This document shows, one piece after another, positions 38,203 through 47,221 of a stretch of 64,000 nucleotides of DNA (position 1 is the stretch's first letter; each line of letters starts with the position of its first letter). Both the position numbers and the translations under genes were made by a program. Source of the stretch: Minisyncoccota bacterium (GTDB lineage: Bacteria > Patescibacteriota > Minisyncoccia > Phycocordibacterales > UBA9973); assembly GCA_041662525.1 (NCBI GenBank), contig JBAZSF010000002.1, forward strand, positions 90,196 to 154,195, written 5' to 3'. The notes beneath the pieces are model-generated. The model searched no databases, was not told the DNA's origin, and saw only the letters and a program-made list of their open reading frames with translations.

Positions 38203-39648
38203 ATGAAAGAAGAAAATAAAAAAGACCCTTCGATGGGCTCAGGGCAAGATAAAAAGAATAATTTGATGGAAAAAATAGTTTCGCTATGTAAGAGGCGAGG
38301 GTTTGTGTATCCGAGTTCTGAGATTTATGGGGGGATGGCTGGTATTTATGATTATGGACACTATGGGATTTTGTTCAAAGAGAATATAAAAAATGCATGG
38401 CTTAAACATATGATTCAGCTTCGGGATGATGTTTATGGTTTAGACAGCGCTATTTTTATGCATCCACAAACCTGGGTAGCTTCTGGCCATGTCGGGGGGT
38501 TTAATGATCCGCAAGTAGATTGCAAAAATTGTAAATCTAGATTTCGAGCAGACCATCTATTAGAAAGTTTTGGAATTATTATTGACGACAAGACACCTGT
38601 TGAAACAATGAATGCTGAACTTGATAAACTACGTACAGAAAAGAAGCTTGTTTGTCCAAATTGTAAATCAATAGATCTGACTCCCGCAAAAATATTTTCC
38701 CTGATGGTTAAATCTAATCTTGGTTCTCCAGTCGATGTTTTAACTGAAGAAAATGTTACATATTTGAGGCCTGAAACTTGTGGTGGTATTTATTTGGAAT
38801 ATAAAAATACTCTTGATTCTCTACATCCCAAACTTCCTTTTGGTATTGCGCAAGTAGGCAAGGCTTTTAGGAATGAAATCGCAGCTCGTCAATATATTTT
38901 TCGCACGCGTGAATTTGAACAAATGGAAATGCAGTATTTTCATCATAAATCGCAGACGAAAGATTTGTATGAGAACTGGAAAAAAACAAGATGGACTTGG
39001 TATTTAGAATATGGTATCCCAGAGGAAAAAATAAGATGGTATAAACATGAGAAGTTAGCGCACTATGCGAGTGAAGCGTATGACATTGAATATGCTTTTG
39101 ATTTTTTTGGAGGTAGTTTTAAAGAGGTAGAGGGTATTCATGCGCGCGGAGACTGGGATTTATCACAGCATTCAAAATTTTCTGGTGTTACGCTTGATTA
39201 TTATGATGAAGAAACAAAAGAAAGATTTATCCCGCATATTATGGAAACTTCTGTTGGTTTAGCTAGATTATTTTTAATGTTTTTAGATAATGCTTATACT
39301 GAAGAAGTTAAAGATGGAGAGACACGAGTTTTTTTGAAACTTGATCCACGACTTTCTCCGATAAAATGCGCTGTTTTTCCACTTTTAAAAAATAAGCCGG
39401 AACTTGTATCGAAAGCTCGCGCGGTTTTTGAAACACTTCGTGAAGAAATTATTTGCGAATTTGATGACAATGGCAACATAGGCAAACGCTATAGAAGACA
39501 AGATGAAATCGGCACGCCATTTTGTATTGTGATTGATTTTGATACTTTGACAGATGATGCTGTGACTGTCCGTGATCGTGATACAGGGAAACAAGAGAGA
39601 GTGAAAGTGGTAGATTTGAAAAATTATATAAAAGAAAAGATTCAATAA
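38203..39648 (+). CDS. glyQS: Glycine--tRNA ligase (alpha2 type)
   Basis: KRRGF, YLRPET, GKAFRNEI, FRTREFEQME, IGKRYRRQDEIGTP. Confidence 0.95.
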   Translation: MKEENKKDPSMGSGQDKKNNLMEKIVSLCKRRGFVYPSSEIYGGMAGIYDYGHYGILFKENIKNAWLKHMIQLRDDVYGLDSAIFMHPQTWVASGHVGGFNDPQVDCKNCKSRFRADHLLESFGIIIDDKTPVETMNAELDKLRTEKKLVCPNCKSIDLTPAKIFSLMVKSNLGSPVDVLTEENVTYLRPETCGGIYLEYKNTLDSLHPKLPFGIAQVGKAFRNEIAARQYIFRTREFEQMEMQYFHHKSQTKDLYENWKKTRWTWYLEYGIPEEKIRWYKHEKLAHYASEAYDIEYAFDFFGGSFKEVEGIHARGDWDLSQHSKFSGVTLDYYDEETKERFIPHIMETSVGLARLFLMFLDNAYTEEVKDGETRVFLKLDPRLSPIKCAVFPLLKNKPELVSKARAVFETLREEIICEFDDNGNIGKRYRRQDEIGTPFCIVIDFDTLTDDAVTVRDRDTGKQERVKVVDLKNYIKEKIQ

Positions 39649-39664
39649 GTGTCTAAAAAGTAAG

Positions 39665-39690
39665 AAAGCCCTTCCGTAAGAAGGGCTTTT
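39665..39690. terminator. Bidirectional terminator
   Basis: AAAGCCCTTC-CGTAA-GAAGGGCTTTT. Confidence 0.75.
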
Positions 39691-39691
39691 A

Positions 39692-39920
39692 TGATGAACG
39701 GGATAAATATTATCCCGATTTTTTGCTCTCCCCAGGCGGAGGAGGCATACGCCAACCATTTTTAGTGGATTTGCACTTCCAACCCTATGCGCACTTGGGT
39801 TGATTAGACATCCACTTGTGAACAAAGTTCACTTATAAGCCTGGCTCAAAGCCAAACTATCCGTTTCCACGGATGGTCTGCTCTCGTAGAAGAGCATGGG
39901 AAGATAAGAAAACAACATCT
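39692..39920 (-). ncRNA. Candidate structured non-coding RNA (unassigned; 6S RNA-sized)
   Basis: GC-rich island with nested stems; G-U pairs favour the minus strand; TTGACT/TGnTAATTT promoter upstream and terminator downstream. Confidence 0.55.
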
Positions 39921-40001
39921 AAATAAAAAATTAGCATATTGAAGACAAAAGTCAAGAAAGCGTTATTTTTATAAATAATTTTTTGTGTTAGAATAGATTT
40001 T

Positions 40002-41270
40002 ATGAAATTCTCCAAAAAAGTTTTAAAGAATGGTCTTCGGGTTATTACGATACCGATGAAGGATAACCCTACTGCTACAGTGCTCGTACTTGTCGAGGCA
40101 GGCAGTAAATATGAAACAAAAAAAGTTAATGGCATTTCGCACTTTTTGGAACATATGTGTTTCAAGGGCACCATCAAGAGACCAAAAGCTATTGATATTT
40201 CAAAAGAATTAGATGCGCTTGGCAGTCAGTATAATGCTTTTACAGCTCAAGAATATACTGGATACTATGCTAAGTCTGATGCGAAACACTTCAGTCAGAT
40301 TTTTGATATTGTATCAGATATTTATCTCAATTCCACTTTTCCAGAAGTTGAAATGCAAAAAGAAAAGGGTGTGATTATCGAGGAAATAAATATGTATGAA
40401 GATATGCCTCAGAGACATGTGCAAGATTTGATGATGCAATTGCTCTATGGTGATCAGCCAGCGGGTTGGAATATTGCTGGCGAGAAGAAAAATATTTTAG
40501 AAATGAAACGAGATGATTTTGTAAAATATAAAAAAGAGCATTATTTGCCAGAAGCTACAGTCTTGGTAGTATCCGGAGCGGTGACAGAGAAACAAGTGAT
40601 GAATGAAGCAAATAGAATTTTTGGGAAAGTATCCAGAGGAAAGAAAATAAATAAAATAAAAGTAAAAGAAATACAAACAAAACCAGAAGTATTAATTAAT
40701 TTTAAAAAAACGGATCAGACACATTTTGTTTTAGGAGTGCGGAGCTTGAATTTATTTAGCAATAAAAATGCTCTCATTTCCGTCCTTGGAGGGGTACTCG
40801 GTGGGGGAATGAGCTCTAGACTTTTTCAAAAGCTTCGCGAGGAGATGGGTGTCGGTTATTATGTTCGAGCCTACAATGATGCTTATACCGATCATGGATT
40901 TTTCCAAATTTCTGCTGGAGTGGATAATAAAAGAATTGAAGAAGTGCTCAAGGCTGTTTTAGAAGAATGTAATAAATTAAAAAATTCTAAAGTGAGCGAA
41001 GAAGAATTAAATAAAGTAAAAGAATGTTTAGTAGGGAACATGAAGCTCTCATTAGAATCAAGCGATGATATTGCGAATTTTCACGGCGGACAAGAACTCC
41101 TAAAACGTGAAATAATTTCAGCCGAAGAAAGAGCTAAAGAAATCCGTAAAGTGACCTCAGAACAAATCCAATCCTTAGCCAAAGATATTTTTCAAAACAA
41201 TAAATTAAACCTAGCCCTCATCGGTCCGTTTAAAGAAAAAGCAAAATTTTCCAAAATATTGAAATTTTAG
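40002..41270 (+). CDS. M16 (pitrilysin-family) zinc peptidase
   Basis: HFLEH inverted zinc motif, NAFT, GGGMSSRLFQKLRE. Confidence 0.93.
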   Translation: MKFSKKVLKNGLRVITIPMKDNPTATVLVLVEAGSKYETKKVNGISHFLEHMCFKGTIKRPKAIDISKELDALGSQYNAFTAQEYTGYYAKSDAKHFSQIFDIVSDIYLNSTFPEVEMQKEKGVIIEEINMYEDMPQRHVQDLMMQLLYGDQPAGWNIAGEKKNILEMKRDDFVKYKKEHYLPEATVLVVSGAVTEKQVMNEANRIFGKVSRGKKINKIKVKEIQTKPEVLINFKKTDQTHFVLGVRSLNLFSNKNALISVLGGVLGGGMSSRLFQKLREEMGVGYYVRAYNDAYTDHGFFQISAGVDNKRIEEVLKAVLEECNKLKNSKVSEEELNKVKECLVGNMKLSLESSDDIANFHGGQELLKREIISAEERAKEIRKVTSEQIQSLAKDIFQNNKLNLALIGPFKEKAKFSKILKF

Positions 41271-41358
41271 GCAGTTTTTTAAATTGATTGACTATTTTAA
41301 AGAATAGAGTAGATTAAAAAAAGAGAAAAAAATTGAAACTTGAAAAGGGGGTAAAAAA

Positions 41359-41829
41359 ATGATTCCAAAAGAATTATTCGTGAAAGTATCGGGTAGTGTA
41401 TTCTTACTGCCTGAGTTCATTAATTGGGTAGCCGAAATTTCTATCGGCTACAAAATAGTTATCTGTGTTGGTGGAGGAACACAGATAAAACACGAATTTA
41501 TGCGTCGTGGGTGGGACACGGGAAAGTTCGGCCCCTTGGGTCGTGAGACTCAACAAAATTCTGAACAATACTGGATTGCTCGAGAGATCCTCGAGGATAA
41601 TAAGAAAAAACTCGAGGAACTGCTTAGGATAGCGGGGGTAGATAACTTCGTAGTAGAGATCCCAATGATCAACATTGGGAAATCTTATCGCCATATCAAT
41701 GGTGATCAATACATTTTGGCGGCCTATTTGGGCTTCCATGTATTGTACATTGCTACTCTCGTAAAAAGGGTAGAGGCAAAAAAACAACAATTTGCTCATT
41801 TATCCAAGATCAGGGTTAAGGCCTTCTAG
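41359..41829 (+). CDS. Hypothetical protein, possibly a shortened amino-acid-kinase (AAK) fold
   Basis: VKVSGS, VGGGTQI and INGD resemble AAK motifs; strong SD; own terminator. Confidence 0.55.
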   Translation: MIPKELFVKVSGSVFLLPEFINWVAEISIGYKIVICVGGGTQIKHEFMRRGWDTGKFGPLGRETQQNSEQYWIAREILEDNKKKLEELLRIAGVDNFVVEIPMINIGKSYRHINGDQYILAAYLGFHVLYIATLVKRVEAKKQQFAHLSKIRVKAF

Positions 41830-41869
41830 GGCCGAAGGAAGAGCTGAAGCTCCTCCTTCGGCCCTTTCT
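41830..41869 (+). terminator. Intrinsic terminator
   Basis: GGCCGAAGGA...TCCTTCGGCC followed by CTTTCTT. Confidence 0.7.
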
Positions 41870-41901
41870 TATTTTTATAAATTTTATGCTATGATATTTT
41901 T

Positions 41902-42984
41902 ATGCCAGAAAAAAGTGATTTGACTCATATTTCCATATCCACCAGCACGATATTTAAGTTTTTTCTAGTACCTATTTTTATATTCCTATTATATTTTTTG
42001 AGGGATTTAGTTTTAGTGGTTTTGACGGCCATCGTAATAGCTTCTTTTATTGACTCATCTGTTCCACACTTTAAAAAAATAGGAATTAAGAATAGAATTT
42101 TTGGGATTGTTATTTTTTATACTATCTCTCTTCTCCTTTTGGGTGGCGTGTTTTATCTTTTTGCTCCGCTTTTAATAACAGAAATTTATAATTTCTCCAC
42201 TTTTCTTTCAACCTATACTCAAGATGTTTCATTCTTTAATTTTTTCAAGAACGAAGCATTCTCTGGCGCAAAAGACATAGTCGGGACTCTTTCAGGAAAT
42301 TTTTCGCTCACTACACTTTTATCTGTATCAAAAGCTTTTGTTTTGAATCTTTCTGGAGGATTTGTACAAATTCTTTTTATTGCTTTTGGTGGTCTTTTCA
42401 ATTTTGTTTTAATTATTCTTTTATCTTTCTATCTTTCAGTTCAAGAAAAAGGAATAGAGAATTTTCTTTATATTATTACTCCTCCTAAATATGATAATTA
42501 TGTTGTAGATTTATGGACGCGCTCAAGTCGTAAAATAGGTCTTTGGGTGAAAGGACAAATGCTTTTAGGTCTTGTGGTCGGAGTTCTTGTTTATTTAATT
42601 CTTTCTTTGTTAGGTATCGAATATGCATTACTTTTAGCTATTATTACAGGAATAATGGAAATGGTTCCTTATGGTATTTTAGTAGCGATGATTCCTGTTT
42701 TTGCCTTTTCTTACATTTCAAACGGTATAGGCAGTGCCTTTATGGTGGCAGGAGCTTATATCATTGTTCATGAATTTGATGTATTTCTTTTTACTCCACT
42801 ACTTATAAAAAAGATTGTTGGGCTTTCCCCGATTGTTATTATTCTCTCTGTAGTTATCGGCTTTGAATTAGGAGGAATTTGGGGAGCGATCTTAGCGATT
42901 CCACTCGCGATAATTTTAATGGAATTCTTAAATGATATTGAGAAAGATAAGATTTCGTCCAAAATAAACCAAGACAAACAATGA
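41902..42984 (+). CDS. AI-2E family transporter
   Basis: Multi-TM; WVKGQ, VPYG, VGLSP...GGIWGAILAIP. Confidence 0.88.
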   Translation: MPEKSDLTHISISTSTIFKFFLVPIFIFLLYFLRDLVLVVLTAIVIASFIDSSVPHFKKIGIKNRIFGIVIFYTISLLLLGGVFYLFAPLLITEIYNFSTFLSTYTQDVSFFNFFKNEAFSGAKDIVGTLSGNFSLTTLLSVSKAFVLNLSGGFVQILFIAFGGLFNFVLIILLSFYLSVQEKGIENFLYIITPPKYDNYVVDLWTRSSRKIGLWVKGQMLLGLVVGVLVYLILSLLGIEYALLLAIITGIMEMVPYGILVAMIPVFAFSYISNGIGSAFMVAGAYIIVHEFDVFLFTPLLIKKIVGLSPIVIILSVVIGFELGGIWGAILAIPLAIILMEFLNDIEKDKISSKINQDKQ

Positions 42985-44444
42985 ACAAAAATAGTTTTTA
43001 CATCACGACGACGATACCCTATGTGAATGCTGATCCTCACATTGGTTTTGCACTCGAACTTGTGCAAGCTGATGCTGTTGCGAGATGTCAGCGTCTCATT
43101 GGTAGGGATGTTTTTTTTAGCACTGGTACTGATGAATATGGTCAGAAAATTTGGGAAGCAAGTGAAAAACAAGGTAAAAAAGTTCAAGACTACGTAGATT
43201 ATTACGCGCAGAAATTTTTAGATTTAAAAAATACTCTCAATCTTTCCTATGATAATTTTATTCGAACTACTAGTAAAGAAAATATCACAGCCGCACAAGA
43301 ATTTTGGCTCCTATGCGATAAAAAGGGAGATATTTATAAAGCAAAATATATAGGACTTTACTGTGTGGGGTGTGAGACTTTTTATACCGAAAAAGATTTA
43401 GTAGAAGAAAAGTGCCCGATACATTTGACTGTGCCAGAGAAAATAGAAGAAGAAAATTATTTTTTTAAATTGAGTAATTACAAAAAACAACTTCTTTTAT
43501 ATTTATCTAATGAAAAAGCGATCTTGCCAGAATGGAGACGCAAAGAAGCAATTTTTTTTGTAGAAAATGCAATGGAAGATTTTTCTATTTCTCGCAGTAA
43601 AAAGCGTGTTTCGTGGGGGATACCTATTCCCGGGGATGATGAACAAGTCATGTATGTTTGGTTTGGTGCTTTTGTAAATTATATTTCAACCTTAGGCTGG
43701 CCCTTCGCTTCTACTCAGGATCTCCGACCAGAAACAAAAGAAAATTTATTTGAAAAATTTTGGGAAAAAGGGGAAAAGATCCAAATGGCTGGTAAAGATA
43801 TGGTGAAGTTTCAATCAGTAATGTGGCAAGGCATGCTCATGTCCGCAGGACTCCCCAATACAGATACTATTGTTTATCATGGGTTTATAACTGGCGATGG
43901 AGGAATTAAAATGTCTAAGTCTTTGGGTAATGTGATTAACCCAAATGATATTGTAAAAGAATATAGCGCAGATGCGTTACGTTATTTTCTTTTGCGTGAG
44001 ATTTCTCCTTTTGAAGACAGTCCGTTTACCATGGAAAGGTTTAAGGAAGCATACAATGCGGGTCTAGCAAATGGATTAGGAAATTTAGCTTCAAGAATAT
44101 TAACTCTTTCAGAAAAATATTTACCCGAGTGTCCGGAAATAAGAGAGGAAATGGATCTAACAGAATTTTTTAGTTTTTTTGAAAAATTTGATGTTAAACA
44201 AGCTGTTGATTTCATTTGGAACGAGATAGGTGAATTAGATAAATTTATTCAGGAAACAGAACCATTTAAGGTGGTAAAAGTTGATGAAGAAAAAGGAAAA
44301 GAATTAATTTCTAATATGGTTGTTCGTCTGTATAAAATTGCCAGGATGTTAAATCCAATAATGCCAGAAACAAACATTATTCTCAAAAAATTAATTAAAG
44401 AAAACAAAAAACCAGACCAGCCATTATTTTTAAGAAAAGAATAA
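42981..44444 (+). CDS. metG: Methionine--tRNA ligase (short form)
   Basis: PYVNADPHIG, TGTDE, FIRTT, YCVGCE, KMSKSLGN. Confidence 0.95.
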   Translation: MNKNSFYITTTIPYVNADPHIGFALELVQADAVARCQRLIGRDVFFSTGTDEYGQKIWEASEKQGKKVQDYVDYYAQKFLDLKNTLNLSYDNFIRTTSKENITAAQEFWLLCDKKGDIYKAKYIGLYCVGCETFYTEKDLVEEKCPIHLTVPEKIEEENYFFKLSNYKKQLLLYLSNEKAILPEWRRKEAIFFVENAMEDFSISRSKKRVSWGIPIPGDDEQVMYVWFGAFVNYISTLGWPFASTQDLRPETKENLFEKFWEKGEKIQMAGKDMVKFQSVMWQGMLMSAGLPNTDTIVYHGFITGDGGIKMSKSLGNVINPNDIVKEYSADALRYFLLREISPFEDSPFTMERFKEAYNAGLANGLGNLASRILTLSEKYLPECPEIREEMDLTEFFSFFEKFDVKQAVDFIWNEIGELDKFIQETEPFKVVKVDEEKGKELISNMVVRLYKIARMLNPIMPETNIILKKLIKENKKPDQPLFLRKE

Positions 44445-44445
44445 A

Positions 44446-45297
44446 ATGACTCCCAAATACATAGACATACATTCACATTTAAATTTTAAGGCTTTTAATG
44501 ATGATAGAGATGAGGTTATTAAACATGCCTTAGATAATGATACTTGGGTGATAAATGTAGGAAGCCAGTTTAGCACTTCAAAAAGAGCAGTGGAAATTGC
44601 TAATAAATATTCCGAGGGAGTTTTTGCTATCGTTGGTCTACATCCGATTCATCTTGAAGAATCTTATCACGATGATGAAGAATTTAGTGGTTTAGGTTTT
44701 AAAACAAGAGTTGAAGAATTTGATAAAGATGTTTATAGAGAACTTTTGAAAGATCCAAAGGTAGTAGCGATAGGGGAATGTGGTTTGGATTATTTTCATT
44801 GTAGTTTAGAGACAATAGAAAAACAGAAAAAAACTTTTAGAGAGCACGTTTCTTTGTCTCAAGAAACTGGGAAGCCACTCATGTTGCATGTTAGAAATGG
44901 TTCGACAAGCTCACCACAAGTAATTCCAAAACTAAACGCGTATCAAGATGTTTTAGAAATTTTAAAAGAATTTACTGGGGTAAGGGGAAATGTACATTTT
45001 TTTGCTGGAACCTGGGAAGACGCCAAAGCATTTTTAGATTTTGGTTTTACCTTATCTTTTACTGGAGTTATTACTTTTACGCATGATTATGATGAAGTTA
45101 TTAGAAATATACCACTTGATATGATCATGTCGGAGACTGATTCTCCTTATGTAGCGCCCATTCCGCACAGAGGAAAGCGCAATGAACCTGTCTACGTAAG
45201 AGAAATAGTTAAAAAAATCGCTGAAATTAAAAATTTACCAGAACAGGAAGTGGCAGAGGCAATTGTCGCAAATGCCAAGCGAGTCTTTACTTTTTAA
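44446..45297 (+). CDS. tatD: TatD family DNase
   Basis: DIHSH, GLHP, IGECGLDY, ETDSPY, RNEP. Confidence 0.93.
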   Translation: MTPKYIDIHSHLNFKAFNDDRDEVIKHALDNDTWVINVGSQFSTSKRAVEIANKYSEGVFAIVGLHPIHLEESYHDDEEFSGLGFKTRVEEFDKDVYRELLKDPKVVAIGECGLDYFHCSLETIEKQKKTFREHVSLSQETGKPLMLHVRNGSTSSPQVIPKLNAYQDVLEILKEFTGVRGNVHFFAGTWEDAKAFLDFGFTLSFTGVITFTHDYDEVIRNIPLDMIMSETDSPYVAPIPHRGKRNEPVYVREIVKKIAEIKNLPEQEVAEAIVANAKRVFTF

Positions 45298-45312
45298 AGA
45301 GTTTTTGATAGT

Positions 45313-45816
45313 ATGAAACCTATGCAAGAAGTAGAAAATGAAATATTAGAAGAAGGAAATTCTAAGGTTTATGAGCTTGGTTACCATTTGGTGCCGACAC
45401 TTTCCGAAGAAGACGTACCAGTTACTTTTGGTAATTTAAAAGAGCTTATTTCATCATTGGATGGCATCTTCATTTCTGAAGAAATGCCTAAAATGATGAC
45501 ACTTGCTTACCCTATGGTTAAAGTTATAGCCAATTTACGTAATAAATTTAAAAGTGCATATTTTGGTTGGATCAAGTTTACAATGGATTCAGATAAAGTT
45601 CTTAAATTAAAAAAGAAGCTTGATCTTGATCCTAATTTTGTTCGATTTTTGATATTGAAAACAGTTAAAGAAAATACTGTCAACACAAAAAGATTTACTC
45701 GTGGAGAATTTACAAATAGAAAAACAAAGATAGATAAGAGTAGGGAAGATGAAGCATCTGCTCCTATAAATAAAGAAGAAATTGATAAAGAGATAGATGC
45801 ATTAATTTCGGTTTAA
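45313..45816 (+). CDS. rpsF: 30S ribosomal protein S6
   Basis: YELGY, LAYP, RFLI; rpsF-ssb-rpsR order. Confidence 0.85.
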   Translation: MKPMQEVENEILEEGNSKVYELGYHLVPTLSEEDVPVTFGNLKELISSLDGIFISEEMPKMMTLAYPMVKVIANLRNKFKSAYFGWIKFTMDSDKVLKLKKKLDLDPNFVRFLILKTVKENTVNTKRFTRGEFTNRKTKIDKSREDEASAPINKEEIDKEIDALISV

Positions 45817-45826
45817 TAAAAAATAT

Positions 45827-46285
45827 ATGTATTTAAATAAAGCAATATTAATAGGAAATCTTACACGTGATCCAGAACTCCGTTCACTACCTTCAGGTAT
45901 AAAAGTTTGCACATTTTCTATTGCCACTAATCGTGTTTGGAAAGATAAAAATGGCGCACGTCAGGAATCAGCTGATTATCACAATATAGTAGTTTTTGGA
46001 CGCCAAGCAGAGACAGTTGCTCAATATATGAAAAAAGGAAGTTCTATATTGATTGAAGGTAGGATGCAGACCAGAAGTTGGGAAGATAAAACAAGTGGGG
46101 AGAAAAAATATCGTACGGAAATAGTCGCTGATCGTACACAATTTGGTCCTAAGGGAGGAAATACAGGTGGAGGAATGAGCACAACGAGTACTGGTTCAAA
46201 GGCTCCAGCATCAGAAGGGGGTGGAGAAATTGATTCTATAGAATATCCAGAAGAAGACATTAATCCAGAAGACATACCATTTTAA
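45827..46285 (+). CDS. ssb: Single-stranded DNA-binding protein
   Basis: NKAILIGNLTRDPELR; DIPF tail. Confidence 0.97.
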   Translation: MYLNKAILIGNLTRDPELRSLPSGIKVCTFSIATNRVWKDKNGARQESADYHNIVVFGRQAETVAQYMKKGSSILIEGRMQTRSWEDKTSGEKKYRTEIVADRTQFGPKGGNTGGGMSTTSTGSKAPASEGGGEIDSIEYPEEDINPEDIPF

Positions 46286-46296
46286 TAATTTAACAC

Positions 46297-46363
46297 AGGC
46301 GCTAGGCGCTAGGCATTAGCAATTAAAAAAGCTAGAGCCTAAAGCCTAAGGCCTAAAGCCTAG
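46297..46363. repeat. Inverted arrays of 7-nt tandem repeats
   Basis: (AGGCGCT)2-AGGCATT ... AGCCTAA-AGCCTAA-GGCCTAA-AGCCTAG. Confidence 0.75.
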
Positions 46364-46366
46364 AAT

Positions 46367-46567
46367 ATGAAACAAGATTATTTTTCAACTAATAATATAA
46401 AATACATAGATTACAAGGATATTGAAATTCTAAAGAAATTTTTAAATCCTAATGGTAAGATAATGAACCACAAGCGGACTGGAGTTACCGCTAAGAATCA
46501 ACGCCAATTAACCACAGCCATCAAGCGTGCTAGATTTATGGGTTTGCTTCCGTTTGTAATTAAATAA
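46367..46567 (+). CDS. rpsR: 30S ribosomal protein S18
   Basis: IDYKD, GKI, TG...QR.L..AIKRAR..GLLP. Confidence 0.96.
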   Translation: MKQDYFSTNNIKYIDYKDIEILKKFLNPNGKIMNHKRTGVTAKNQRQLTTAIKRARFMGLLPFVIK

Positions 46568-46577
46568 AAAAGATAAA

Positions 46578-46609
46578 ATAAAAAATCCCCGAAAGGGGAT
46601 TTTTTATTT
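46578..46609. terminator. Bidirectional terminator
   Basis: AAAAATCCCC-GAAA-GGGGATTTTT between convergent rpsR and efp. Confidence 0.85.
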
Positions 46610-47187
46610 TAAACTCTCTCTACATATTCTCCTGTTTCCGTATTTACTCGGATAATGTCTCCCTCGTTGATGAACATCGGAGTAGTGAGGGTGGCACCGT
46701 TTTCTAAAGTGATAACTTTATTGCCTCCTTTAGAAGTGTCTCCACGGACAGCTGGAGGGGCTTCTTTAACTTTAAATTCCATTTTGATAGGTAAGGTTAT
46801 TTTTATTATTACTTCTTCATCATCATTGTCCCAGATTAAGGCAGTTACATTTCCATTTTGTTTAAAGAATTTGGCAGTATTTCCAACAAGGTTCTCATCT
46901 AATTTAAATCTATTGCTTTTATCATTTGGGTCACAGAACCAATATTCGCCTTTATTATGATAAAGAAAAGTAATGTCTCTCTTAATAATATCCGCTTCCT
47001 CGGCTGATTCAGCTGCATGAAAAGTAGCAGGGAAGACCTTGCCAGATATTAAACTTCTTAGTTTAACCTGATTTTGTGGTTTGCGTTGTTGGGTACGAGC
47101 AACGTGAGATTCTATCACTTCGCAGGGTTCATCATTATGTATAATTATTTTCTTTTCGCGAATGTCGCTGTATTCTAATTTAGCCAT
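46609..47187 (-). CDS. efp: Elongation factor P
   Basis: PAVRGDT, LENG, PMFINEGD, TGEYVER. Confidence 0.92.
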   Translation of the reverse strand: MAKLEYSDIREKKIIIHNDEPCEVIESHVARTQQRKPQNQVKLRSLISGKVFPATFHAAESAEEADIIKRDITFLYHNKGEYWFCDPNDKSNRFKLDENLVGNTAKFFKQNGNVTALIWDNDDEEVIIKITLPIKMEFKVKEAPPAVRGDTSKGGNKVITLENGATLTTPMFINEGDIIRVNTETGEYVERV

Positions 47188-47221
47188 AGGTAATATACTA
47201 GCAGAAAAATTTATTAAATCA

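Noticed and set aside
39385-39825. 146-aa minus-strand ORF across the candidate ncRNA
   Set aside because: Overlaps glyQS antisense, crosses a terminator and has no protein-like features
39830-39856. TAAGCCTGGCTC resembles the reverse complement of the RNase P RNA 3' end
   Set aside because: No GAGGAAAGUC region or P4 partner, and the position is internal
43655-43680. MetRS WFGA instead of the usual WFDA
   Set aside because: A single substitution that cannot be told apart from natural variation or sequencing error
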